A DNA stretch of 64,000 nucleotides, taken from positions 105,648,001 through 105,712,000 of the forward strand of contig OX597822.1 in assembly GCA_951406725.2 (NCBI GenBank). Direction: 5' to 3'. Shown in pieces: positions 12,406-24,345 of this stretch. A model generated the notes under the pieces. It did not search any database and was not told the origin of the DNA. It saw nothing but the letters and a program-made list of their open reading frames with translations. The stretch comes from Octopus vulgaris. Taxonomy: Eukaryota. The position numbers and the translations under genes were made by a program. Within the stretch, counting starts at the first letter, position 1. Every line of letters starts with the position of its first letter.

Positions 12406-12786
12406 TATAAACAATTCATAATTAAGGCAAACGAAAAAATTTCTAATGCCAGATATGCCGAAAAATTGGACATATTGTCCATTAACACTATAATTTTTTC
12501 ACAATATGCACGCTACTCGAAAAAAGGTCGACAGAAATTTCTAAAACATTCCATTATTACCATATCGGACCGATTTCAGGGTTAGCTTATAACAGCCCTC
12601 CCTAAGCTAACCCTGAAATCGGTCCGATATGGTAATAATGGAATGTTTTAGAAATTTCTGTCGACCTTTTTTCGTGTAGCGTGCATATTGTGAAAAAATT
12701 ATAGTGTTAATGGACAATATGTCCAATTTTTCGGCATATCTGGCATTAGAAACTTTTTCGTTTGCCTTAATTATGAATTGTTTATA
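12406..12786. repeat. Near-perfect long inverted repeat (184-bp arms, 13-nt spacer)
   Basis: 12406-12589 is the reverse complement of 12603-12786 with two mismatches seen. Spacer is TAACAGCCCTCCC. Confidence 0.95.
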
Positions 12787-12911
12787 GATTTAACCTTTAA
12801 AGGTATTTTTTGATATGCTGACCATTGATAAAATTTTGTTTTGGAAAAGAATTTTTTTTCGAAAAAATTTTATCCTACATTAGATATCTATCTATCTATA
12901 TATATATCTAT

Positions 12912-13076
12912 AGGAGTGGATAGACAGTCGACAACTGATGAAGGGTCGTTCTTTATGTTACTTGTCCTGTTTTCCATTTGATTCTCTCGTTGTTTGGATA
13001 TTGAACACATTTGTTGCCGTATTTCATGTTGTTTAGTGTTGGTGACGTCCTGTACCCATATATGCATATGCATACA

Positions 13077-13078
<2 letters not shown>
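12912..13078 (+). mobile_element. Short TA-flanked element family H4 with hammerhead-like half core
   Basis: Homologous to 25620-25715 (minus). GACAA-CTGATGA-AGGG..TCTTTATGTTAC-TTGTC and a shared end GTACCCATATATGC. Confidence 0.6.
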
Positions 13079-13126
<48 letters not shown>

Positions 13127-13208
13127 TTTTCTGAGGGAATATAAATCCTAACTTACAGGGAAAAAAAGTCAATTAAAAACTACTAAATCAAATTTCACAC
13201 AATATAAT

Positions 13209-13537
13209 ATATATATAAAAAATTAGGAAAAAAATCACCTTTTACCAATTCAAAATGAACAATTGAATTACACCATCTAGAAAGTTACATATAATAGAAT
13301 TTTAAAATTAAAATAACAATAAAATATCAATGATTAAGTAAATCACAAAAAAATAATAAAACATATATAATTGGTAGAATAACTATTTTTTATTATTATT
13401 TTATTATTGTTTTTTGCAATTTACTTAATCACTGATATTTTATTGTTATTTTAAAATTTCTATTATATGTAATTTTCTCGATGGTGTAATTTAATTGTCC
13501 ATTTTGAATTGATAAAAGGTGTTTTTTTTTCTAATTT

Positions 13538-13550
<13 letters not shown>
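13209..13550. repeat. Imperfect AT-rich inverted repeat (~150-bp arms)
   Basis: AAAATTAG..CACCTTTTA..AATTCAAAATG..TTACACCATC..GATTAAGTAAAT is mirrored by ATTTACTTAATC..GATGGTGTAA..CATTTTGAATT..TAAAAGGTG..CTAATTTT. Confidence 0.85.
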
Positions 13551-13569
<19 letters not shown>

Positions 13570-13581
13570 TGTATGCATATA

Positions 13582-13920
13582 AGGGTAAAGACCCCCTTCG
13601 GTCATGAATGACCATGGGATTGCACCTAGAAAGTTACCCTCCTAGACACAAGTCCGGGCAAGGTTGTTTATGGAAGACCAGCAGTCGCCCATGCATACCA
13701 GCCTCCCCTCTCCACGCCACCAGTGTTATCCAAGGGAAAGACAAAGGTCGATACAGCTTGGCACCAGTGACGTCGCAACTCATTTCTACAGCTGAGTGAA
13801 CTGGAGCAACGTGAACATAAAGTGCTTTGCTCAAGAACACAACACGCAGCCCGGACCGGGATTCGAGCTCACAACCTCACGATCGTAAGCTCGACGCTCT
13901 AACCATTGAGCCATGCGCCT
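13582..13920 (-). mobile_element. SINE family D, full length
   Basis: Minus-strand tRNA-like head GGCGCATGGCTCAATGGTTAGAGCG...GCTCGAATCCC, followed by the central segment GTGTTCTTGAGCAAAGCACTT typical of conserved-domain SINEs. Confidence 0.85.
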
Positions 13921-13972
13921 TTATATATATATATATATATACGTATGCGTGTGTGTGTGTATCTATGTATCA

Positions 13973-14395
13973 AAAGTTTATTTGCTAACATAACGTGGCA
14001 GTCCTGTATAGGACTATGTTACGACATTTTAACCCCGGGGAAAACATTTTTTCCAGCGGATTTATCGAACGTGGTCTGTGTCCGAGATATATTGTAAATA
14101 AGGGGGCTTACTACTCCCTTCTAGACGTTGGTTTCTGGCTACTTTCTCTTCTTCGGTACTGGGCAACCGCCTGGCTAGAGACAGCAGCCAGCTGACCTTA
14201 CTCATGGTATATACTCATTGAAGCGTCTGTGAATGGCTGATCTCATAAGGAGAAAAATAACTAGTTTTAAAATTTCTGAATGAGATCTATGTGGTAATAC
14301 TACTGAATATTAAAGTTCCTTTGCCAACGTAACGTGGCAGTCCAGGATAGGTCTATGTTACTACATTTTAACACCAGGAAAACATCTTTTCCAGC
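13973..14395. repeat. Direct repeats (~85 bp) spaced 339 bp apart
   Basis: 13973-14057 and 14312-14395 share AAAGTT..TTTGC.AAC.TAACGTGGCAGTCC.G.ATAGG.CTATGTTAC.ACATTTTAAC.CC.GG..AAACAT.TTTTCCAGC. Confidence 0.85.
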
Positions 14396-14550
14396 TAGTT
14401 TACCGGTACATATATATATTTCCATGTTGCTTTGCTTTTATGTGTTCTTTCTGACCACCAAACAGAAAATAGACTCAAGCTGCGTTTACTTGAAATTTTT
14501 ATTAACATTTGTTAAGATGAAATTCATCATCGAAACCAGTAATATTTTTA

Positions 14551-14838
14551 CCAGACCATCAGATGTTGCTACACATCGCTGGTCACAATGCGAACGCATT
14601 GTTTTTAGCCTTCGAATGACGACACCCCGCTGGCTAAGCGAGCAGGCCATCAGAAGAAAGAGTGAGAGAAAGAGTGGTGAATGAGTACAGTAGGGATCAC
14701 CACCCCCTGCCGGAGCCTCGTGGAGCTTTTAGGTGTTTTCGCTCAATAAACACACACAACGCCCGGTCTGGGAATCGAAACCGCGATCCTACGACCGCGA
14801 GTCCGCTGCCCTAACCACTGGGTCATTGCGCCTCCACA
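14551..14838 (-). mobile_element. SINE family C variant with alternative 3' tail
   Basis: 14656-14838 matches the head and body of 1909-2092. 14551-14648 instead matches 59494-59592. Confidence 0.88.
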
Positions 14839-15067
14839 TTTTCTATATATATAATTTTAAAATCATTTTATTAAAGGCTTTCTAAATTGAAATGTCTGAG
14901 ATTTACTTCTGTGCTGTTTCAACCCCCATCCTATTTCTATAAAACTTTGATTTATGTAGATCTCTGATCTTTTTTCAACGATGTATGCTTACATATATTT
15001 TCACTTTGTTTTACATTTATGTGTGCTTACTCTTGTATATATATACATATACATATATATATATTAT

Positions 15068-15301
15068 ATTAAATTAGAGATAAAACCACTATTAGGCAAA
15101 TCATACAATGAAAAACTTAAGCCAATACATAAGATTAATTAATTTATATTATTTTAAATATATATCAAAATTATTAAAAAAAGATATTGAGTATAACACT
15201 ACGATCGTTTCATGGCTGTCCAATTCGTAAAAATTCGAGTTACAGTCAATCTTCAGGTGATTTAAATATTTATCTTAGCGAGGTTTAGCAATGAACTAAT
15301 A

Positions 15302-15306
<5 letters not shown>
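15068..15306 (-). mobile_element. Hammerhead-bearing element family H5
   Basis: Minus strand CAC-CTGAAGA-T-TGACTGT...ACAGCCA-T-GAAA-CG-ATC-GTAGTG at 15197-15259. Homologous to 63888-64000. TA-flanked. Confidence 0.7.
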
Positions 15307-15337
<31 letters not shown>

Positions 15338-15556
15338 ACGAATAACCACTTAAATGCAAAGCAATGTGGAATACATACATAATACATACATGAATCTTTA
15401 CATTTTAATATGCTAGACCACTGGTTTTAAATTGATATTAATCAACTTAGCATTCAATTTTTTACCCTTGTCATTTTAAATTAATATATATACATACGTA
15501 CATACATACATACTTATATATATATACATATATATACATGCATATATATATATAAT

Positions 15557-15876
15557 ATCCATGTCTCGGCGTATATTCACCTTTTGTCCAAAGTAAACAT
15601 ATTCCTACGCTTCCTCTATTTCAACGTCCCCAACTGCTGTTCGGCATATCGCCTGTGCAAACCAAGTTCATGCTGTCCATTTAAGACCTATTTCCGAGCT
15701 TCTGATATCCAACTCTGCCAGTATGTCATCTCGACAATGAGCACGATGTCGTCAGAGAAACATAGAGAAGGAAATCTCGCTGAGACTAAGAGCCGGATGG
15801 AAAGCGATCAACTCCGTCAAAAATATGCTCAAGGAAAAGCTGGATGAGAACCACTCATACCAATCTCTTCAATGGG
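15557..15876. pseudogene. RTE-clade LINE reverse transcriptase fragment with internal inversion
   Basis: Minus 15557-15761 reads FSDDIVLI / LAELDIRSSEIGLK / VGDVEIEEA*EYVYFGQKVNIRRDM. Plus 15759-15876 reads IEKEISLRLRAGWKAINSVKNML. Confidence 0.85.
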
Positions 15877-15884
15877 ACTCACCG

Positions 15885-16045
15885 GCGATTGCACAGCCTA
15901 ATAAGTTTGCACGGCAGCTCACGCATCCCCTCCACCCTACTTACATGATCTAAAGCTCAGCAAAAGGCAGGCATGGTCTGTCACATATTGTGCAGAGAAA
16001 AAGTTTGTTGTGATTCATTTCCTCATTGACCGTAGTATTTTTCTT
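15885..16045 (-). mobile_element. Probable LINE 3' end with degenerate C-terminal zinc finger
   Basis: Minus-strand peptide KLFLCTICDRPCLPFAEL resembles the CxxCxRxC finger at the end of RTE ORFs. Confidence 0.45.
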
Positions 16046-16080
16046 GGCACACACACAAACACACACACACACACACACAC

Positions 16081-16122
<42 letters not shown>

Positions 16123-16128
<6 letters not shown>

Positions 16129-16258
16129 GGGGGTTGCTGAAGACTTTGGATAAAAGAAAATGCAGCAGGATTAATCAATTCTGATTTTATTCAATATATT
16201 CCCCTCTCAGATCCACACACCCATTGCTGTGACCCTTCAGTTTTTCTAACCCTTGTAT
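16123..16258 (-). mobile_element. Mariner transposase C-terminal fragment and 3' end
   Basis: Peptide QGLEKLKGHSNGCVDLRGEYIE* matches the mariner terminus GIxKLxxRWxKCIxxxGxYxE. Confidence 0.75.
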
Positions 16259-16279
16259 TAACTGTATTTTCATACATAC

Positions 16280-16347
<68 letters not shown>

Positions 16348-16764
16348 TCATACATACATACACACACTCACATACACACACACATATATAAAAACTTAGA
16401 TAACACTTAGATATGTTTCAACAAATGATTGATCCATGTCTGACTTAATAGCACCACCTGATATGATTATCTGAATCCCTTTTAAGTCAAGTTGTGTTTA
16501 TGGTCCATTCAAGCAGTGGGTTCTTGTTGAGTGAGGTGTATCCGGGTATGGGTGGCGTATCTGGTATTCCTTGAAGAAATCTGTCCAGACTCCGTTATAT
16601 ATAATTAAGATTCAGCTGGATTAAATACTTAAGCTGAAGCACCAAATCTGTCGGGTATTATCCGCACAGCTCGAATTAAGGTGAATGAAATCAAAATAAA
16701 CAACATGATATCATTTAGTAATACTTGATATCCTATTGCTCATTATATAGAAGTATATATATAT

Positions 16765-16833
<69 letters not shown>

Positions 16834-17599
16834 CATACATATACATTTGCATATTTGTAGAACAAAAATATTTGATAACTGAAGAAAACATTGACCGTTG
16901 ACGGAGCTGAGAAATAAATGTGCTAATGGGTGAAAATGTCACAGTGACTGAAAAGATTTACTGTGCTGAGAGAAATAAATCGAATATATTTGCCGTCAAC
17001 TTAGTATCGGCATCAGGCTATATAGTAGTTATAGTCAGTTTTGAGTAACACTCAAAGCTTATGTAAACAAGCCGCTTCGCATTAAGATGGAAAGCGTTAT
17101 AGGATATGCGATGCTGTCCTGAAAAAATCGACCAAGGTTTATAATCAAATATAGGGCGGGGTGGAAATTTGGTTACGAGCTGTGATACAGCAAAACTATG
17201 GATAAGACATCAATAAGTTCCCACATATCTGTCAGCTGAACAGGGAATACACTTCTTGGAAAGAGATTATAGATAATTAGATTAACTGACCATCCAAAAA
17301 TTTTCGTTCGCCTGATGTTTCTTGTAACGTAGGTGGCCGAATCGATAGAATCGTTTACTTGTATCAGGTTATGATAGAAGTGCTCTACAGTTCCTAGATT
17401 TACAACTATTGTAACTGACGTCGGTACTCACAATGGACAGAATTTAAAGCTGAAATAGCCATCTGTGTTCAATATCCAACATATATACACTACTGAAATG
17501 AACAATACTTGGTTTCTTATTTGCGAAAATACGTTGAGACATATATTTAAAACATAACATACACACACATACACACACACACCCACACACACACACACA

Positions 17600-17638
<39 letters not shown>

Positions 17639-17744
17639 GCACATATATATGCGTATGTATATTCATAAATATACACACACATACTTTCATGCATACATAC
17701 ATACCTATATACATATATATATATATACATACATACATAGATAC

Positions 17745-17826
<82 letters not shown>

Positions 17827-17828
17827 AT

Positions 17829-17884
17829 ATCGGGGAGAATTCACGAAAAAAACACAAGACGAAGACTGGTGTGTAAACAAGAGA
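17829..17884 (-). mobile_element. 3' fragment of family H1 element
   Basis: CGGGGAGAATTCACGAAAAAAACACAAGACGAAGAC matches 22829-22866. Lies between (TA)n and (CATA)n. Confidence 0.75.
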
Positions 17885-18397
17885 TATATACATACATACA
17901 TACATACATACATACATACATACATACATACATACATACATACATACATACATGCATACATACATACATACATACATACATACATACATACATACATACA
18001 TACATACATACATGCATACATATATCGAAGCTCAAAGTGGGACAGCATAAGAGTGACTCGCAAAAACGTCAGAGATATTTTGACCTTCTGGATCATGTCA
18101 TTGACTTGTATTCTGTTGTCACATACATAGATGAAGTTAGATATGTGTTAAGTATGACACACAGATGGTCAGCCAATTTTAATCCTCTTTACGAGCGCAC
18201 TCACCGACTTTGTACTCAACCCGTCAATCTTCCCGCAATATTTGTGCATGCATTATTCACCGTTTCCTATCTGTCGAGTGTGGGGTGAAATTTCGTCTAA
18301 ACATCTGATATGCGAGTATACGGCATTGACAGTATCCCAGCATTGCTGCCCTGCAATGACTGAAACAGAATAAACGAATAAAAGAATATATTACCAT

Positions 18398-18518
18398 CCG
18401 GGTTCAGTCCCACTGCGTGGCATCTTGGGCAAGTGTCTTCTGCTATAGCCTCGGGCCGACCAATGCCTTGTGAGTGGATTTGGTAGACAGAAACTGAAAG
18501 AAGCCTGTCGTATAGGTG

Positions 18519-18565
<47 letters not shown>

Positions 18566-18780
18566 ATATGTTTGTGTGTCTGTGTTTGTCCCCCCACCAT
18601 CGCTTGACAACCGATGCTGGTGTGTTTACGTCCCCGTCACATAGCGGTTCGGCAAAAAGAGACCGATAGAATAAGTACTGGGCTTACAAAGAATAAGTCC
18701 CGGGGTCGATTTGCTCGACTAAAGGTGGTGCTCCATCATGGCCGCAGTCAAATGACTGAAACAAGTAAAAGAGTAAAAGA
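18398..18780 (+). mobile_element. SINE family A, 5'-truncated
   Basis: Matches 11080-11440. 19-bp duplication TAAAAGAATATATTACCAT at 18379-18397 and 18774-18792. Confidence 0.92.
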
Positions 18781-19620
18781 ATATATTACCATACAGTATC
18801 ACCATTATGCCTTCATGACGATTCTGTGTTATAATGCATCACTTGGTTTTTTTTTTACCTTTAATATGACAACGTTTCACAGATGTAAATTAACATTTTA
18901 AGACTGATGGCAATATGCTGTGTCAGTTTCATCAACAATGATTGTATAACGTTGATAGAAATAAGCTAGAATCGGTTAAAAATATGGTTATTTCCCCATT
19001 ATCTCCATTAGATTTCGACTATCATTTGTTTTAGTTTTCATGACGTATAACAGTTTAAAAAGATATGTTCTTAATCACTGCTATTTTGCGTTGTAAGAAC
19101 AAAAAGCATTAATATGGGCAGAATTATCGTGGATTTGAAAACGTATTCATACATCTCATGTTGTTTTCATCACTAAACAGATTAAAACTGCTATCAGAAT
19201 TAAAAGACAGCATTTTTTTCTTTTTAATTCGAATTCTGATTCTAACAAAATAAATATCGTGGGTTGTTGTTCGTTTTTGCTTAATTTATTTTAAATCCTT
19301 ACTTAAATAAATCTTGAAGTGAAATAAACTAAGGAAAATTAGATATTGAGTATTCCAAAAACAGACGATAATAGGAAATGATAAAATGAAGAGATAAGTA
19401 TTAGTTAAAATCAATAGAGCTGGCATGATTAATGAATTTATTGCTGTATGAAAAGAACACAAACAAAATGTTTAACCGTCTCTCGGTGAACAGCTGAAGA
19501 CGTGTTGAAAATTTTTCTTTTGGCTAAAAATTTGATTTAAAACTTAGTAAATGACTGATGTGTTGCGGTAGAATATGTAATAGACTTTTAGACAACAATA
19601 TTTATTTGTAACGTATTGCC

Positions 19621-20024
19621 TTTTACTCTTTTATTCTTTTACTTGTTTCAGTCATTTGACTGCGGCCATGCTGGAGCACCGCCTTTAGTCGAGCAAATCG
19701 ACCCCGGGACTTATTCTTTGTAAGCCCAGTACTTATTCTATCGGTTTCTTTTGCCGAACCGCTTGGTGACGGGGACGTAAACACACCAGCATCGGTTGTC
19801 AAGCAATGCTAAGGGGACAAACACAGACACACAAACACACACACACACACATATATATATACATATATACGACAGGCTTCTTTCAGGTTTCCGTCTACCA
19901 AATCCACTCACAAGGCATTGGTCAGCCCGGGGCTATAGCAGAAGACACTTTCCCAAGATGCCACGCAGTGGGACTGACCCCGGAACCATGTGGTTGGTTA
20001 GCAAGCTACTTACCACACAGCCAC
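19621..20024 (-). mobile_element. SINE family A, near full length
   Basis: Reverse complement of 11039-11440. Confidence 0.92.
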
Positions 20025-20118
20025 AATACCTTTGGGGAGATAAATAGAAGGTTCTGGCGAACTAGTTTCGATATGTAGCTGGTATTTCATTAGCAACATC
20101 GATCGCTGATACTTTTGA

Positions 20119-20352
20119 AGGCGGCGAGCTGGCAGAAACGTTAGCACGCCGGGCGAAATGCGTAGCCGTATTTCGTCAGCAGTTACGTTCTGAGTTTAAA
20201 TTCCGCCGAGGTCGACTTTGCCTTTCAGCCTTTCGGGTTCGAAAAATTAAGTACCAGTTACGCACTTGGGTCGATGTAATCGACTTAATCCGTTTGTCTG
20301 TCCTTGTTTGTCCCCTCTGTGTTTAGCCCCTTGTGGGTAGTAAAGAAATAGG
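20119..20352 (+). mobile_element. SINE family B, monomer
   Basis: Head GGCGGCGAGCTGGCAGAAACGTTAGC through tail GTAGTAAAGAAATAGG; matches 6403-6636. Confidence 0.92.
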
Positions 20353-21492
20353 TATTTCATCAGCAACCGAGTACCCTTCCTTTGTAACTTCCTATACATA
20401 TACTATTTACCAACTTACAGTCACGAAGTACTTTAGTTGGATATAAAACATATTGTTAGCGCATAGTTCGATTAATAAATTACCATCACGTTAAAAATAT
20501 TTTGGTTCAATCCTAAATTGTATGTAACTGCAGACTTCGAAACAATTTTATTTGTATAGCAAGGCGTAAATAATATTTTTGTCTTGCTTTCTGTCCACAA
20601 ATATATTATAAAATATAGAAGCAGAACGTCCACAACTTGCTGTACGAGCATTGTTGGTTAAACATTTATTGATACATTTTATAGAACCGTAGTTTACTTG
20701 AAATTTAGTAGAATAAATAACAGAATGAAAATAAATAGAAATTTACATATTCTCCGTGTCTATATTTATTCGACTGCAATCAATTTTTAAAACTACATAT
20801 TATGTGAGAAATATAATATTACTTTAGTCTATTGCACAACTCGCGCTGACTGTAAATAGTTTCTTTTCAGTATCATGGCTTTAACACTGAAGCACAATAT
20901 TTTCCCAAGCAAGAGTATAACGAATTGTATCATCAATATATTTCATTCAGTAACCAAGGGGAGATGAAATACAATTTTTGCTATTGTGCGAACTGTCATT
21001 CAAAATGTTAAACCTCAGTATTAAAGCCATTATGTTCAAAGGAAACCATTAGATTCAGTGGGCAAAGTTCCATAAACTAAGGGAACGTTATATCTCGCAC
21101 CCAATATGTGGTTGTAAAAAATTATTTCAGTTGAACTTCTACGGAAATGCCGAATATAAAAATTTCCATATTTTTTTCTTCCTTTGAAATTCTAAGTTTC
21201 AATTATACTAATTTTTTAACTCAAACACTCAACTATATTTAAATAATTCGACATTTTTTCCTCTTTCAGTTGTTCACTACGAGACAGGAAGAAACTTTCT
21301 AAATAGATTTATTCATAGATCAACCTCTTCATTACTTCTAACATATCTATAGGAAAAAAACTGTAAAAATTTTCGGCACTCCGGTCTTTCTGTCAATTTG
21401 TGTGCATATGATTGTGTGTATACATATATATGCATATGTGTGGCGTGTGTGTTTGTATGTATGTATGTATGTATGTATGTAATGTATGTATG

Positions 21493-21523
<31 letters not shown>

Positions 21524-22633
21524 TACAAGTTCTTGTTACTGTTTCACAGCAGACCAGAATACAATGAATAATTTATAAAGTTTCCGAAAAAAATAATGAA
21601 CGTCCAAAACGGAAAACAATGGAAATATATATTTCATGACTTAATTTTTAACACTTACAAAAAAAAAAAAAAAAAAAACTTATTGACCTTTTAATAATCG
21701 CACTCATCGTGTTTTGGTTACCATGATTTTCATACTAATTTACTGAAAGTAATATATTGCAAGTACTAACGCGACGCAAGTTCCCCTACGTTTCCTCGAC
21801 AGATGTCTGTTATGTAGTTTCAAACAATTCAAGTCAATTATCGTCGGAAATTTTAAACGGGAAGATACTGAGTTAAATGAAAACACAAGATATATAAGGA
21901 AGCTGGAGTATTGATATAAGAATTAATTTATAGAATCTGTAGTATTTGGTGAATAGCAATATTAACTAAAAAAGGAGAATTCATATATTATCGAATAAGT
22001 TCCAATGGAACATACATTTGCATCATTAAAAACATGACTATGTTTATCTTAATTATTATAGATATTTCATATTTTCGTAAAGGATTCTTACATTTAGTTT
22101 GAAACAGTGCAGTTTCTAAATACAGATTTAGCATTTCCAGACGTTCACAGTCTCATTTTGTAGAAGTGGGATACATTTAGGAGGCGGCGTTGTGTCTTGG
22201 ATTTTTGTAGATTTGTTTATTTTCTTTTAATTTCTTTCTTCTTTCTTTCTTTCTTTCTTTTTTCTTCCTTTTTTTTTTGTTTTTGTCTTTTAGGCTTTCT
22301 TGCTTCGATAGAGAAACAAGTACTGACTCTTTAAAATTCTCATATTCCTCGCGTCGATGTAACTTTTAAATGTATACACACACAGTGCCACACTCAGCCA
22401 TCCACTATTGCTGTCACTATAGATGCTGACCTCTCAGAACGACAGTAACACACATGCACACATATCCTACTACTACTACTACTACTACTACACACGCGCG
22501 CGTGCAAACACCATTCCACTTACACATACCAATCATCTTCGCACACGTCTGTGTCACAGAAAGCACTTTCTCTTCATTCCTACTACCTCCGGTCACTTCA
22601 GAGATATAGAGAGGCAGAGAGATAGATAATAGA

Positions 22634-22744
<111 letters not shown>

Positions 22745-22766
22745 AGAGAGAGAGAGAGAGAGAGAT

Positions 22767-22827
<61 letters not shown>

Positions 22828-22830
<3 letters not shown>

Positions 22831-23001
22831 GGAGAATTCACGAAAAAAAAACAAAAGACGAAGACAGGTGGTGTAGAAAACATACAGATGTATTAGTATA
22901 ACGCTCGGGAATTGAAAAAAGTCTTTTACGTTTCGAGCCTACGCTCTTCCACAGAAAGGAACGCAGAAAGAAACAAGGAGAGAAAAAAATGTGAGAGAAA
23001 A
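22828..23001 (-). mobile_element. Hammerhead-bearing short element, family H1
   Basis: Minus strand CTTT-CTGTGGA-A-GAGC-GTAG-GCTC-GAAA-CG-TA-AAAG at 22923-22958. (TA)n on both sides. Confidence 0.78.
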
Positions 23002-23106
23002 GTATATATATATATGTATTTATGTATATGCATATATATATTCACACACACACAGACACATACATACACACACACACACACACATACACACATACACACA
23101 CACACA

Positions 23107-23145
<39 letters not shown>

Positions 23146-23894
23146 GTACGTACGTACGTACGTACATGCGTACATACATGCTTGCATACATACATAATAC
23201 ATAAACTTACATAAACACGTACAAGGAAGGCACACATGAATGCACATATGACTAGCTTCCACTCGGCTTTCTTCTATCAGATTCATTCACAAGGCGTTGC
23301 TTGCCGCAGGGGTATAGTAGAAGACACTTACCTAACGTACTGCCTAGCAAGACCCAACTTGAAATCACGTCTTTGTAGATAGATAAATAAATATGCTATT
23401 TGACAATAAAACTATCGAAAAACCTGCATTCATATGTTTACAATTAAGTAGCGTTAATTGCCTGAGAATAATGGTTAGAGATATCAGGTGGACAATCACA
23501 GACTGAAAATTGACAGTGAATAAGATAATGTTGTTAGAGTTAGTATTATCAGACAAGTATCATAAATTAGTCAATAGAACTAAAAAGATAGACTGAAAAG
23601 TGTACATAATAAGCACTAAACGTGGTATTATTCCAACAAATTCAACATGTCAGTAGAAATAAAAAAATAGATACAAAAGAATTCTGAGTTTATGTGCTAT
23701 ACCGGTGTATTCTGTTTAATAAAGAATACGGTATTTCAGTAGACCGATTGTTATTACTGCGCAAATTAACTGGCTCGATTGCGCAATGCAATACGCTCGG
23801 TGTTAGGATTTTATTTAATAGCAACACACAAATAACAGTACATAAAATGTGTGTTGTTATTATATTTCTATTTAATATTATACTACATTTTAAA

Positions 23895-24345
23895 ACAGCG
23901 AGCTGGCAGAATCGTTAACCCATCTCTTTACTACCCACAAGGGGCTAAACACAGAGAGGACAAACAAGGACAAACAAACGGATTAAGTCAATTATATCGA
24001 CCCCAGTGCGTAACTGGTACTTTATTTATCGACCCCGAAAGGATGAAAAGCAAAGTCGACTTCGGTGGAATTTGAACTCAGAACGTAACGGCAGACGAAA
24101 TACCGCTAAGCATTTGGCTCGGCATGCTAACGTTTCTGCCAGCTCGCCGCCTTTACACTCGTTAACCCGGCACACTGTTTAGCGATACTTCGTCTGTCTT
24201 TACGCTCTCACTTCAAATTTCCATCGGGTGTACATTTCCTTTCATCGATAAATCAAATGCCAATCGATAAAAGCAGTACCAGAACACTGGGGAGTCGATA
24301 TCATCGATTTACCTCTCCCGCCGTAACTGCTCTCCTTGGGCCAAC
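23895..24345 (+). mobile_element. Old SINE-B-like element interrupted by a younger SINE B
   Basis: Head CAGCGAGCTGGCAGAATCGTTAACC resumes after 24159 with a degenerate body (TTCAAATTTCC..TTTCCTTTCATC..AGTACCAG). Confidence 0.65.
23922..24152 (-). mobile_element. SINE family B, monomer (nested)
   Basis: Reverse complement of 20119-20350. 10-bp duplication TCGTTAACCC at 23912-23921 and 24159-24168. Confidence 0.9.
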
